From Vulcanimicrobiales bacterium (lineage in GTDB: Bacteria > Vulcanimicrobiota > Vulcanimicrobiia > Vulcanimicrobiales > Vulcanimicrobiaceae): a DNA stretch of 15,664 nt. Position 1 is the stretch's first letter. Each line of letters begins with the position of its first letter. A program made the translations under genes and the position numbers. The notes beneath the pieces were generated by a model. It searched no databases and was not told the DNA's origin. It worked only from the letters and a program-made list of their open reading frames with translations. The stretch spans positions 1 to 15,664 of the forward strand of contig JBBRLI010000040.1 of assembly GCA_038231455.1 (NCBI GenBank), in the 5' to 3' direction. Positions 1 through 8,974 of the stretch are shown in pieces.

Positions 1-141
1 ACGCACGCAACCCCGAGCGCTTCGTGCATGGCACGCCGGAACCGCCGGCCCTCAAACCCATCGTGTTCATCAATCCGCCCGAGCCCATCGCGGCATAGAA
101 TTTCTTCCTAAAAATGGCCTCAAACAGATTGACACATTCCG
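1..141 (+). mobile_element. Right end of an IS element, probable terminus ...CTCAAACAGATTGACACATTCCG
   Basis: The transposase-like tail is followed by a ..CTCAAA....TTGACAC.TTCCG motif recalled as a typical end for this IS group. The partner end is not in the window, so the boundary is inferred. Confidence 0.5.
3..98 (+). CDS. C-terminal fragment of an IS3-family-like transposase (runs in from the window edge)
   Basis: Manual translation ARNPERFVHGTPEPPALKPIVFINPPEPIAA* resembles the HPERF..PP.PP.LP..VWINPP tail I recognise from a group of IS3-family transposases. The catalytic core is outside the window. Confidence 0.65.
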   Translation, partial: ARNPERFVHGTPEPPALKPIVFINPPEPIAA

Positions 142-647
142 GTTTGCCATCGTATCCCATTATAGCAAAAAACGTCGATTAAATCAGACTTGCCCTAGTT
201 GTCTTCGTACTAATCTCGGCGTCGATTTTCTGGCAACTCGGCAAGCGTATTTTCACCAAAGTCGAGACACGAGTCGTCGACGAAAGCGATTGGATCTACA
301 AATTTATCGGTGTTATCTTCCCGACCGTAGCGTTAATCTATTTGACCTCAAACGTTTACTCCATGGGCTACGCTTCCGCCAAAAATCAGATCTGGCATTA
401 TATCTTGCCGGGCACGCATCACGAACTCGTGCTGTTTCAGTCGGGAGACGGCTTTGCCACTGCCGAGTATGACATACCGCAAAAAAGGCTTTTCGCAAAT
501 TACAGGTGGCATGAATGGAAAGAACATCGGCTTTTAATCAGGACTCGCACTGGACCGTTGTCTTCGATTTCTGAAATGAGGCCTGACGACGGTCGATTCC
601 TTATCGAAGATCCGAGTCTAAAGAAAACCGAAGAGCCGAAGAGTTAG
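141..647 (+). pseudogene. Truncated/disrupted membrane protein gene (lower GC)
   Basis: The frame of the 342..647 ORF stays open upstream to 183 with no canonical start and encodes two hydrophobic segments (IRLALVVFVLISASIFWQLG; WIYKFIGVIFPTVALIYLTSNVYSMG). There is an in-frame TAA at 180-182, and the frame otherwise continues to the IS end. The region is visibly more AT-rich than the rest. Confidence 0.45.
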
Positions 648-745
648 CATAAGGAATCGGGACCTGACCTTTCCGCTTCCGCAACTCCGCAGGCGTGCAG
701 CGTGGTCGTAACCAAGGTCAACGCTCGCACGTATCTGGAGAATTC

Positions 746-1603
746 ATGACTGTTTCCCGTTCGCCGCTCTCGCGTCGCGATTTCACGCTGGCGCTTATCG
801 CTTCGGTTGGCGCGCTTGCGCTTCCGATCGGTGCTTTTGCCGCTGACGATCTGCGTGTAGCCTTCATCCCCGAAGCCGGTGCAAGCCCCGATCAAATCGC
901 GGCAAAACAGCCGTTGATCGACATGATCGCCAAAGCGACCGGGCGCAACGTCAAGCTTTTCGTCACGACCAGCTACGCGGCGACCGTCGAGGCAATCGGC
1001 AACGACGGCGTGGACATCGCGTATCTCGGCGGCCTCACGTACGTGAAAGCGCGCGAGAAGTATGCCGTGAAGCCGCTCGTTCAGCGCACCGAGGACAAGC
1101 TGTACCACTCGCTCTTTATTACGGCTAATCCGGCCATTAATTCGATCAAGGACCTTAAAGGCAAGACGTTTGCTTTTGGTGACATCAACTCGACTTCGGG
1201 CCATTTGATCCCGGCAAAAGAGATGTACGAAGTCGGCATCGACCCGAACAAGGATCTGAAGACGAGTTTTACCGGCAACCATCCGGCGACGGCGCAAGCG
1301 GTCGCTTCGGGCCAGGCCGACGCAGGCGCGCTCGATGAGGGCATTTACCGTAAGCTTATCGCCGACAAGACGATCGACCCGGCAAAAGCCCGTGTGTTCT
1401 ACACGAGCAAGCCTTTCGTCGACTACGTCTGGGTCGCAGCGAAGAGCGTCGATGACAAAACGGCACTCGCGGTAAGCCTCGGCTTCCAGTCTGAGGTGAA
1501 CCCGGCATTCCTCAAGCTCCTGCGCGCGACCAAGTTCGTGAAAGCCGACGATAAAGAGTACGACGGCATTCGCGAGATCGCGCGCAAGGAAAAGCTGCTC
1601 TAA
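746..1603 (+). CDS. phnD: PhnD-like phosphate/phosphite/phosphonate ABC substrate-binding protein with Tat signal peptide
   Basis: ATG 746 preceded by GGAG (737-740). N-terminal SRRDF twin-arginine motif, then a hydrophobic stretch and AFA cleavage site. Family motifs SYAATVEA, DIAYLGGLTYV, FAFGDINSTSGHLIP, DAGALD. Exact substrate is uncertain. Confidence 0.8.
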   Translation: MTVSRSPLSRRDFTLALIASVGALALPIGAFAADDLRVAFIPEAGASPDQIAAKQPLIDMIAKATGRNVKLFVTTSYAATVEAIGNDGVDIAYLGGLTYVKAREKYAVKPLVQRTEDKLYHSLFITANPAINSIKDLKGKTFAFGDINSTSGHLIPAKEMYEVGIDPNKDLKTSFTGNHPATAQAVASGQADAGALDEGIYRKLIADKTIDPAKARVFYTSKPFVDYVWVAAKSVDDKTALAVSLGFQSEVNPAFLKLLRATKFVKADDKEYDGIREIARKEKLL

Positions 1604-1604
1604 G

Positions 1605-2321
1605 GTGATCGCCTACGAGGGGGTCACGCAGCGCTTCGGCGCACGCGTGGCCCTCGACGGGATCTCCTTGACGATCGCTTCGGGCGAACGGGTCGCGCTC
1701 GTCGGCCCGAGCGGCTCGGGCAAGACCTCGCTCTTTCGGTTGGCGTACGCGGCATTTGCGCCGACCGGCGGCCGCGTGGTTCTCGACGGCCAAGATCTCG
1801 CTTCGCTCCACGGGGCGCAACTGCGCGCGGCCCGCGCCAAAATCGCGGTCATCTTTCAAGCCCACGGCCTCGTCGATCGATTGAGCGCCGGGCAAAACGC
1901 GATCGCGGGGAGTTTTGGGCGACGCGGAACCTTCGACTCGATCCGTGCCATCCTCGCCCCGACCGCCGCCGAACGGGCGGCTGTGCGCTCGGCGCTTGAC
2001 CGCGTTGGTCTCGCCGATCGCATCGATGATAGCGTCTTCAACCTCTCCGGCGGCCAACGCCAGCGGGTCGCCGTCGCTCGGGCGATCGTGCAAGAGGCGC
2101 ACCTCGTCCTCGCCGACGAACCGGCCGCGTCGCTGGACCCGGAACTGGCTCGCGAAATCGTTGGCCTTTTGCTCGACGATGCGGCCGCCCGTGGCGCGAC
2201 CCTCGTGTGCACGCTGCATCAACCCGAGCTAACCGTCGGCTTCGACCGCGTGATTGAGCTCGAAAACGGCCGCATCGTCGGGGACGGGTCCGCTGCCAGG
2301 TTCGTCCTCGAAGCGGGATGA
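1605..2321 (+). CDS. phnC: PhnC-like ABC transporter ATP-binding protein
   Basis: GTG start 1 nt after the phnD stop. Walker A GPSGSGKT, Q-loop IFQ, signature LSGGQRQR, Walker B LVLADEP followed by ASLDP, H-loop TLHQ. Confidence 0.85.
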   Translation: MIAYEGVTQRFGARVALDGISLTIASGERVALVGPSGSGKTSLFRLAYAAFAPTGGRVVLDGQDLASLHGAQLRAARAKIAVIFQAHGLVDRLSAGQNAIAGSFGRRGTFDSIRAILAPTAAERAAVRSALDRVGLADRIDDSVFNLSGGQRQRVAVARAIVQEAHLVLADEPAASLDPELAREIVGLLLDDAAARGATLVCTLHQPELTVGFDRVIELENGRIVGDGSAARFVLEAG

Positions 2322-2608
2322 GGGAGCGCCGGATCGTCCGCCTGGCGGGTCGCGTCCAGGGGGTCGGCTTTCGGGAACGGATCCTCGAGATCGCCCAAGA
2401 CCATGAAGTCTTCGGGTTTGTCCGCAACAGCGGGGCGGATCTGGAGATCGATGTTGAGGGCCGCCCGGGCGACGTCTCACACTTTCTGTCCGATGTTCTA
2501 AAGAAGAAGCCGGCCGGGGCGAACGTCAGCGCCTCGACAATCGCGCCTGGAAAGGCGCTCGGCCGCTCGAATTTCATCCGGGAAACGACCCAACCCGAAA
2601 CGCCGTAG
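2318..2608 (+). CDS. acyP: Acylphosphatase
   Basis: GRVQGVGFR signature and GFVRN (catalytic Arg/Asn), 96 aa, ATGA overlap with phnC. Confidence 0.88.
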   Translation: MRERRIVRLAGRVQGVGFRERILEIAQDHEVFGFVRNSGADLEIDVEGRPGDVSHFLSDVLKKKPAGANVSASTIAPGKALGRSNFIRETTQPETP

Positions 2609-2642
2609 TCCGTGGATAGGTCGGGCCCTCCGACCGGAGCAT

Positions 2643-2671
2643 TTGACAGAGTTCCTCACACTTGGTATTCT
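2643..2671 (+). promoter_or_regulatory. sigma70-type promoter of the ribosomal protein operon
   Basis: Perfect TTGACA (2643-2648), 17-nt spacer, TATTCT (2666-2671) preceded by an extended -10 TGn (TG 2663-2664), about 100 nt upstream of rplC. Confidence 0.8.
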
Positions 2672-2677
2672 CTACGG

Positions 2678-2769
2678 GTTGTGGTCCACGTCGCCCACGC
2701 ATATTTTGCGTGTGCGGCGAAAGGCAAAGAACAAACGCCTGGATCCGTGGTATTGAGGACCGAGAAACG
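2678..2769 (+). promoter_or_regulatory. Structured 5' leader of rplC (candidate r-protein autoregulatory leader)
   Basis: Pairings visible: CACGCA 2696-2701/TGCGTG 2707-2712, TCGCC 2691-2695/GGCGA 2716-2720, AGGC/GCCT, CCACG 2686-2690/CGTGG 2746-2750. Confidence 0.45.
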
Positions 2770-3405
2770 ATGAAAAACATCATCGGCCGTAAGGTTGGGA
2801 TGACAAGTGTGTTTACTGCCGACGGGCGCTACGTTCCGGTCACCGTGATCGAAGCGGGCCCGTGTACTGTCGTGCAGCGCAAAACGATGGCGACCGATGG
2901 CTACGAAGCCATTGCCCTTGCGTTTGGCGATCAGAAGAAATCACGCGTCAGCCGCGCCCTCGCCGGACATTACAAAGTTGCCGGCGTCGAGCCGAAAAAA
3001 CACATCCGCGAGTTCCGCGAAGGCATTGATGGCCTTGAAGTGGGCGCCGTTGTTAGCGTCGATGGATTCGCCGAAGGCGATCACGTCGATGTTGTCGGCA
3101 TCTCCAAAGGTCACGGCTTCGCCGGCGGTATCAAGCGCCACAACTTCCATGGCGGTAGCCGCACGCACGGTCAGATGATCCATCGTCAGCCGGGTTCCAA
3201 CGGCGACACGAACGCGGGCCACACGCCCAAGGGTTCGCGTCGTCCCGGTCACTACGGTGTCGATCGCACGACGCACCAGAATCTGCAAGTGATTCGCGCC
3301 GATGCCGAACGCAACGTGCTGCTGGTTCACGGTCCGGTCCCCGGCCCGAAGAACTGCCTCGTCATCGTGACGCTCTCCGTGAAAACGAAAGCGGTGAAAG
3401 CCTAA
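2770..3405 (+). CDS. rplC: 50S ribosomal protein L3
   Basis: MKNIIGRKVGMTSVF..PVTVIEAGPC, SKGHGFAGGIKRHNF, GPVPGPKN. The true start is ATG 2770; the ORF-track start at 2662 lies inside the promoter. Confidence 0.97.
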   Translation: MKNIIGRKVGMTSVFTADGRYVPVTVIEAGPCTVVQRKTMATDGYEAIALAFGDQKKSRVSRALAGHYKVAGVEPKKHIREFREGIDGLEVGAVVSVDGFAEGDHVDVVGISKGHGFAGGIKRHNFHGGSRTHGQMIHRQPGSNGDTNAGHTPKGSRRPGHYGVDRTTHQNLQVIRADAERNVLLVHGPVPGPKNCLVIVTLSVKTKAVKA

Positions 3406-4061
3406 TGCCGCAAGTCATCGACGCGTCGGGCAAGGTGCTCCGCGAACAAGAGATCCACGATCTCTTCACGGTCGACGCCACGACCAAGACCAATCTTCTT
3501 TTCCGTGCCGTTCATCGCGAACAAGCGAATCCGCGCGCCGGTACCGCATCGACCCTGCGCCGTGATGAAGTTCGCGGCGGTGGTCGTAAACCGTGGAAGC
3601 AAAAAGGCACCGGCCGCGCCCGTCAGGGCTCGATCCGTTCGCCCCAGTGGCGCCATGGCGGCGTGGTGTTCGGCCCAAAGCCGCGCAGCTACGTCACGAG
3701 CCTCAATAAGAAAGAGCGCCGCGCTGCGTTTATCGCCGCGCTGAGCGATCGGTTCCAAGGTGGAGCGGTCACGCTCATGGACGCCTCGACCTTCGCGCTC
3801 GAGAAGACGCGCGATTTCGCGACGTTGTTCTTTGGTTCGGCGAAAGCCGCGCGCACCGGTCCGACCACGCTCATCGTGTTCGCGCCCAGCGAAGAAGAAA
3901 TTGGAAACAAGATGGCCCGCGCTGGCGGCAACCTCCAGAAGATCGGCATCACGCACACCGACGCGCTCGATGTGAAAGACGTGCTCGGCTTCAACCGTAT
4001 CGTCCTCACGACCGCCGCGTACGACGCGATCGTCAACCGCCTTGCACCGGAGACCAAATAA
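3405..4061 (+). CDS. rplD: 50S ribosomal protein L4
   Basis: GGGRKPWKQKGTGRARQGSIRSPQWRHGGVVFGPKPR; TAATG overlap with rplC. Confidence 0.98.
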   Translation: MPQVIDASGKVLREQEIHDLFTVDATTKTNLLFRAVHREQANPRAGTASTLRRDEVRGGGRKPWKQKGTGRARQGSIRSPQWRHGGVVFGPKPRSYVTSLNKKERRAAFIAALSDRFQGGAVTLMDASTFALEKTRDFATLFFGSAKAARTGPTTLIVFAPSEEEIGNKMARAGGNLQKIGITHTDALDVKDVLGFNRIVLTTAAYDAIVNRLAPETK

Positions 4062-4369
4062 TGGTAGCCCGCGACATCGTCATCGCGCCGCTGATCACCG
4101 AGAAATCGATGACCGGTACCGCGGTGCAGCAATACTCATTTGAAGTTCATCCGCAAGCGACCAAGACCATGATCAAAATCGCGATCGCCGAAATCTTCTC
4201 GGTGAAAGTCATCAAGATTAACACGACAAACGTCATGGGTAAGGTCAAGAACTTCGCACGCAAGGGCAATCGTACAACCGGCAAACAGTCGGATTGGAAA
4301 AAAGCCATTGTCACTCTCGCTCCCGGCCAAAAAATTGAGCTGGGCGGCGTGAATTACTTCGAGCAGTAA
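4061..4369 (+). CDS. rplW: 50S ribosomal protein L23
   Basis: PLITEKS, WKKAIVTLAPGQKI; synteny. Confidence 0.97.
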   Translation: MVARDIVIAPLITEKSMTGTAVQQYSFEVHPQATKTMIKIAIAEIFSVKVIKINTTNVMGKVKNFARKGNRTTGKQSDWKKAIVTLAPGQKIELGGVNYFEQ

Positions 4370-4372
4370 ATC

Positions 4373-4480
4373 ATGACATTCGCGATGGGATTCAAGAAGA
4401 TGTCGACGGCTGCGGAGGCGCCACGCGTGGCGCTCGCCCCCCGTTGCGTCTCGAAGGGACGCAACTACTATGCCAGTTAA
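4373..4480 (+). CDS. Putative 35-aa bridging s[38 protein letters not shown]
   Basis: ATG 3 nt after the rplW stop. Open across the whole spacer; TAA 4478-4480 overlaps the rplB start by 11 nt. Translation is not proven. Confidence 0.4.
   Translation: MTFAMGFKKMSTAAEAPRVALAPRCVSKGRNYYAS
4416..4449 (-). repeat. Divergent partial inverted copy of the intergenic repeat
   Basis: The reverse complement acgcaacggggggcgagcgccacgcgtggcgcct aligns with copy 1 5376-5411 acgcagcggggggcgcgcagcgtgagcggagcgcct (16/18 identical over the first 18 nt, shared GCGCCT end). Confidence 0.5.
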
Positions 4481-5297
4481 AAAATATAAGCCGACTTCAG
4501 CCGGCCGACGCTTTATCACGACGATGGACTTCTCCGACCTCTCGAAGGTCGCGCCGGAACGTTCGCTCATCGAGGTCAAGAAGAAGCACAGCGGCCGCAA
4601 CAACAACGGACACATCACCGTTCGCCACAAGGGCGGCGGCTGGCGCAAGCAATATCGCATCATCGATTTTAAGCGCCAGAAAGATGCGATCCCGGCCAAG
4701 ATTGCGACGATCGAATACGATCCCAATCGTTCGGCTCGCATTGCGCTGCTCAATTATCGCGACGGCGAGAAACGCTACATCCTCGCGCCGGTTGGCGTGA
4801 AGATCGGCGACATTCTTGAGTCCGGTGAGAAAGCCGACATCAAGACCGGCAACTGCTTGCCGATCAAGAACATCCCGCTCGGTACGGTGATTCACAACAT
4901 CGAACTGCGCCCGGGTGAAGGCGGCAAGCTCGTGCGCTCGGCCGGTGGTTCGGCGCAGCTCATGGCCAAAGAAGGCGAATACGCCCAAGTGCGTATGCCC
5001 TCGGGCGAAGTGCGAAAGATCTTGATGGTCTGCCGCGCGACGATCGGCCAGCTCGGCAACGTCGAGCACGAAAACGAAGTGATCGGTAAAGCCGGACGTC
5101 AGCGCCACAAGGGCAAGCGTCCGTCGGTTCGCGGTATCGCGATGAACCCGGTCGACCATCCGCACGGCGGTGGTGAAGCGCGCTCGACTTCGGGCCGCCC
5201 GCCGACGACGCCGTGGGGCCAGATGACCATGGGCAAAAAGACCCGTCGCAACAAGCGCACGGCGTCGATGATCGTCAGAAAGCGTAATTCCAAGTGA
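4470..5297 (+). CDS. rplB: 50S ribosomal protein L2
   Basis: [45 protein letters not shown]. Confidence 0.99.
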   Translation: MPVKKYKPTSAGRRFITTMDFSDLSKVAPERSLIEVKKKHSGRNNNGHITVRHKGGGWRKQYRIIDFKRQKDAIPAKIATIEYDPNRSARIALLNYRDGEKRYILAPVGVKIGDILESGEKADIKTGNCLPIKNIPLGTVIHNIELRPGEGGKLVRSAGGSAQLMAKEGEYAQVRMPSGEVRKILMVCRATIGQLGNVEHENEVIGKAGRQRHKGKRPSVRGIAMNPVDHPHGGGEARSTSGRPPTTPWGQMTMGKKTRRNKRTASMIVRKRNSK

Positions 5298-5302
5298 GCA
5301 AT

Positions 5303-5416
5303 ATGGTGATGGAGCGAGCGCAGCAACATGAAGCCCGTGCCGCAATGAAAAATGCGAGCTCGATCTGGGGGCCCCACGCAGCGGGGGGCGCGCAGCGTGA
5401 GCGGAGCGCCTTCTAA
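5303..5416 (+). CDS. Putative 37-aa bridging s[40 protein letters not shown]
   Basis: ATG 5 nt after the rplB TGA; stop TAA 5414-5416 overlaps the rpsS ATG (TAATG). Confidence 0.5.
   Translation: MVMERAQQHEARAAMKNASSIWGPHAAGGAQRERSAF
5305..5411 (+). repeat. Intergenic repeat copy 1 (rplB-rpsS)
   Basis: GGTGATGGAGCGAGCGCAG, then 29 nt variable (5324-5352), TGCGAGCTCG, CTGGGGGCCCCACGCAGCGGGGGGCGCGCAG, CGGAGCGC. Blocks shared with 10168-10273 and 13572-13683. Confidence 0.9.
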
Positions 5417-5691
5417 TGGGACGTTCGCTTAAAAAGGGTCCGTTCGTCGCGGACCATCTGCTTGTCAAAGTCGAGCGCATGAATGCATCGCGCGAGAAAC
5501 GCGTCATCAAGACGTGGAGCCGCGCTTCAACTATCGTTCCGGCGATGGTCGGGCATACGATTTCCGTCCACAACGGAAAAGCGCACATCCCGGTGTTCGT
5601 GACCGAGAACATGGTCGGGCACAAGCTCGGTGAGTTCTCGCCCACGCGCAACTTCCGTTCGCACGCCGGCGACAAGAGCTCGGTGAAGTAA
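5416..5691 (+). CDS. rpsS: 30S ribosomal protein S19
   Basis: [32 protein letters not shown]. Confidence 0.99.
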   Translation: MGRSLKKGPFVADHLLVKVERMNASREKRVIKTWSRASTIVPAMVGHTISVHNGKAHIPVFVTENMVGHKLGEFSPTRNFRSHAGDKSSVK

Positions 5692-6194
5692 TGCAGATGC
5701 AAGAACGTACCGAAGCTGTCGCGCACCTCAAGTTCGCTCGCATGGGCCCGCGCAAACTGCGCCGTGTCGCCGATGCGATTCGCGGCAAGACGGTTCGCGA
5801 AGCCCTCGTGCTCCTCAAATTTGCCGGTGTTTTTGCCGCCGAGCCCATGGAAAAGTTGCTCCGTTCGGCCGTTGCCAACGCGGAAAACAACCACAACATG
5901 GACACGGAAGGCCTCTTCATCACGCGCATCACCGTTGACGGTGGTCCGGGTGGTGGCTTCACCAAGCGTCTGGATCCCCGCGCGCAAGGCCGCGCGGCAT
6001 TCAAACGTAAGCGCATGTCGCACGTCACGATCGCCGTGGGCGCAACGCCGCCGAAGCGTCTTGCACGTCAGCGTGCCGGCGCCTCGATTGCGATGAGCAC
6101 CACAACCTCACGCGGCGCACAAGTCGCCGCATCGAAACCAGCTGCCGCACCGCGTAAGAAGAAGGCCCCCACCAAACCGGAGGCCTCGGAGTAA
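5691..6194 (+). CDS. rplV: 50S ribosomal protein L22 with C-terminal extension
   Basis: [38 protein letters not shown]; Ala/Lys/Pro-rich tail. Confidence 0.97.
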   Translation: MQMQERTEAVAHLKFARMGPRKLRRVADAIRGKTVREALVLLKFAGVFAAEPMEKLLRSAVANAENNHNMDTEGLFITRITVDGGPGGGFTKRLDPRAQGRAAFKRKRMSHVTIAVGATPPKRLARQRAGASIAMSTTTSRGAQVAASKPAAAPRKKKAPTKPEASE

Positions 6195-6195
6195 T

Positions 6196-7305
<1,110 letters not shown>

Positions 7306-7317
7306 GAAACAGAAGCA

Positions 7318-7743
7318 ATGCTGACACCAAAACGAGTCAAATGGCGCCGCGTTCACCGCGGACGCATGACGGGCAAAGCCCAAACCGGAAACGCGCTGAC
7401 GTTCGGCGAGTTCGGTTTGCAGGCGCTCGAGCCGTGCTGGATGACCAACCGACAGATCGAAGCCGCCCGTATCGCCATGACTCGCCACATCAAGCGCGGC
7501 GGTAAGGTCTGGATCAAAATCTTCCCGGACAAGTCCGTTACGAAGAAGCCCGCGGAAACGCGCATGGGTTCCGGTAAAGGCAATCCCGAGGGTTGGGTCG
7601 CCGTGATTCACCCCGGCCGCGTCTTATTCGAGATCGCTGGCGTGCCGGAATCGGTCGCGAAGGAAGCCATGCGTCTCGCATCGGCCAAATTGCCGATCGG
7701 TACCAAGTTCATCTCGCGCGCAACCGATGGTATCGCCGTATGA
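7318..7743 (+). CDS. rplP: 50S ribosomal protein L16
   Basis: [37 protein letters not shown]. Confidence 0.99.
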   Translation: MLTPKRVKWRRVHRGRMTGKAQTGNALTFGEFGLQALEPCWMTNRQIEAARIAMTRHIKRGGKVWIKIFPDKSVTKKPAETRMGSGKGNPEGWVAVIHPGRVLFEIAGVPESVAKEAMRLASAKLPIGTKFISRATDGIAV

Positions 7744-7961
7744 AGAAGAACGATCTGCGCGCGCTGCGCGACCTGACGATCGCCGAGCTTGAAACGAAAG
7801 CGCGCGAAACCAAGGAAGAACTGTTCAACCTGCGCTTCTCACTGCGCACGGGCCACCTTTCGGATTTTTCGAAAGTGAAAGCCACCCGTCGTACGTTCGC
7901 GCAAATCCAGACTGCGATCAGCGAAAAGCGGATCGTCGAGGCACGTAATGGAGCAGCCTAA
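7740..7961 (+). CDS. rpmC: 50S ribosomal protein L29
   Basis: ATG 7740 (ATGA overlap with rplP); [26 protein letters not shown]; synteny. The ORF-track start at 7593 is too early. Confidence 0.95.
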   Translation: MKKNDLRALRDLTIAELETKARETKEELFNLRFSLRTGHLSDFSKVKATRRTFAQIQTAISEKRIVEARNGAA

Positions 7962-8235
7962 CACCGCAGCGGCACCGGATGCCGCCCGCCACCGTCGTCG
8001 TATCAAACAGGGCCGCGTCAAGAGCGACAAGATGGATAAGACCATCGTCGTCGTGACCGAAACACGCGTTCCCCACCCGGTGTACAAGAAGATCGTCCGC
8101 AAGTCGGTCACCTTCAAAGCACACGATGAAGCCAACACCGCCGGAATCGGCGACTTGGTCCGCATTGCCGAGTGCCGCCCGATGTCGAAAGACAAACGCT
8201 GGCGCCTCGTCGAGATCGTCGAAAAGGCGAAGTAA
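7948..8235 (+). CDS. rpsQ: 30S ribosomal protein S17
   Basis: [38 protein letters not shown]. Confidence 0.98.
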   Translation: MEQPNTAAAPDAARHRRRIKQGRVKSDKMDKTIVVVTETRVPHPVYKKIVRKSVTFKAHDEANTAGIGDLVRIAECRPMSKDKRWRLVEIVEKAK

Positions 8236-8241
8236 GAGTAC

Positions 8242-8619
8242 ATGATCCAGCAAGAGACGCGACTCAAAGTCGCAGACAACTCCGGGGCACGCGAATTGCT
8301 CTGCATCCACGTCAGTGGCGGCAGCCGGCATCAGTATGCCCACGTCGGAGACATCATCGTCGGAACCGTGAAGAGCGCGATTCCGGGTGCTGCTGTGAAA
8401 AAGGGCCAGGTCGTGAAAGCGGTCGTGGTTCGTTGCAGCCAGCCGATGCGCCGTCCCGATGGCTCGATCATCAAGTTCGATGATAACGCGTGCGTGATCA
8501 TCAAAGGCGAAAAAGACAACCTCGACCCGCGCGGCACGCGCGTGTTCGGGCCCGTCTGCCGTGAACTCCGCGACCGCGGCTTCCTCAAGATCGCATCGCT
8601 CGCGCCGGAGGTGTTGTAA
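8242..8619 (+). CDS. rplN: 50S ribosomal protein L14
   Basis: [45 protein letters not shown]. Confidence 0.99.
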   Translation: MIQQETRLKVADNSGARELLCIHVSGGSRHQYAHVGDIIVGTVKSAIPGAAVKKGQVVKAVVVRCSQPMRRPDGSIIKFDDNACVIIKGEKDNLDPRGTRVFGPVCRELRDRGFLKIASLAPEVL

Positions 8620-8972
8620 TGCCTCTCGCAGCGATCGCAAAACCGAACATCGTCAAAGGCGACACCGTCATGATCCGCCGCGGCCGTGAAAAGGGCAAAC
8701 GCGGAATCGTGAAGGCCGTGTTCCCCAAAGACGGTCAAGCGACGGTTGAGGGACTCAACGTCGTCAAGCGCCACACCAAGCAAGGTCAGGACGGCTCCAA
8801 GGCCGGCGGCATCTTCGAAAAAGAAGCCCCGCTCCCGATCTCGGCACTCCAGTACGTCTGCCCCAAGTGCAACGTGCCGGCGCGTATCAAAAAGAATGTC
8901 ACCGCCACGGGTTCGCAGCGCGTCTGCGGCAAGTGCGGCGAGCCGGCTGCTGAGTCGGCGAAGGATCGTTAG
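8619..8972 (+). CDS. rplX: 50S ribosomal protein L24
   Basis: KOW-like [39 protein letters not shown]...CGKC motif. Confidence 0.97.
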   Translation: MPLAAIAKPNIVKGDTVMIRRGREKGKRGIVKAVFPKDGQATVEGLNVVKRHTKQGQDGSKAGGIFEKEAPLPISALQYVCPKCNVPARIKKNVTATGSQRVCGKCGEPAAESAKDR

Positions 8973-8974
8973 TC

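Noticed and set aside
290-498. Small ORFs 290-472 (+) and 313-498 (-)
   Set aside because: They overlap the more protein-like 183-647 frame and have no motifs or RBS.
695-745. Upstream GTG start for phnD
   Set aside because: ATG 746 has a GGAG SD and places the Tat motif near the N-terminus.
648-745. Possible Pho box or operator upstream of phnD (TGACCTT...AAGGTCA inverted pair)
   Set aside because: No convincing 11-nt-periodic CTGTCAT-type direct repeats, and a 7-bp inverted pair about 40 nt apart is too weak to call.
2662-2769. N-terminal extension of L3 in the ORF track
   Set aside because: It overlaps the promoter -10 and leader. L3 homology begins at ATG 2770, which has an upstream GAGG.
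4443-4465. Intergenic hairpins (here and in the repeat copies) as Rho-independent terminators
   Set aside because: No U-tract follows them and they lie inside a tightly coupled operon.
4497-6023. 508-aa minus-strand ORF and other long antisense ORFs (6025-6999, 7918-8640, 10769-11662, 14252-15109, 644-1297)
   Set aside because: They lie exactly opposite well-conserved genes and show no recognisable motifs. They are typical shadow ORFs caused by high GC and codon bias.
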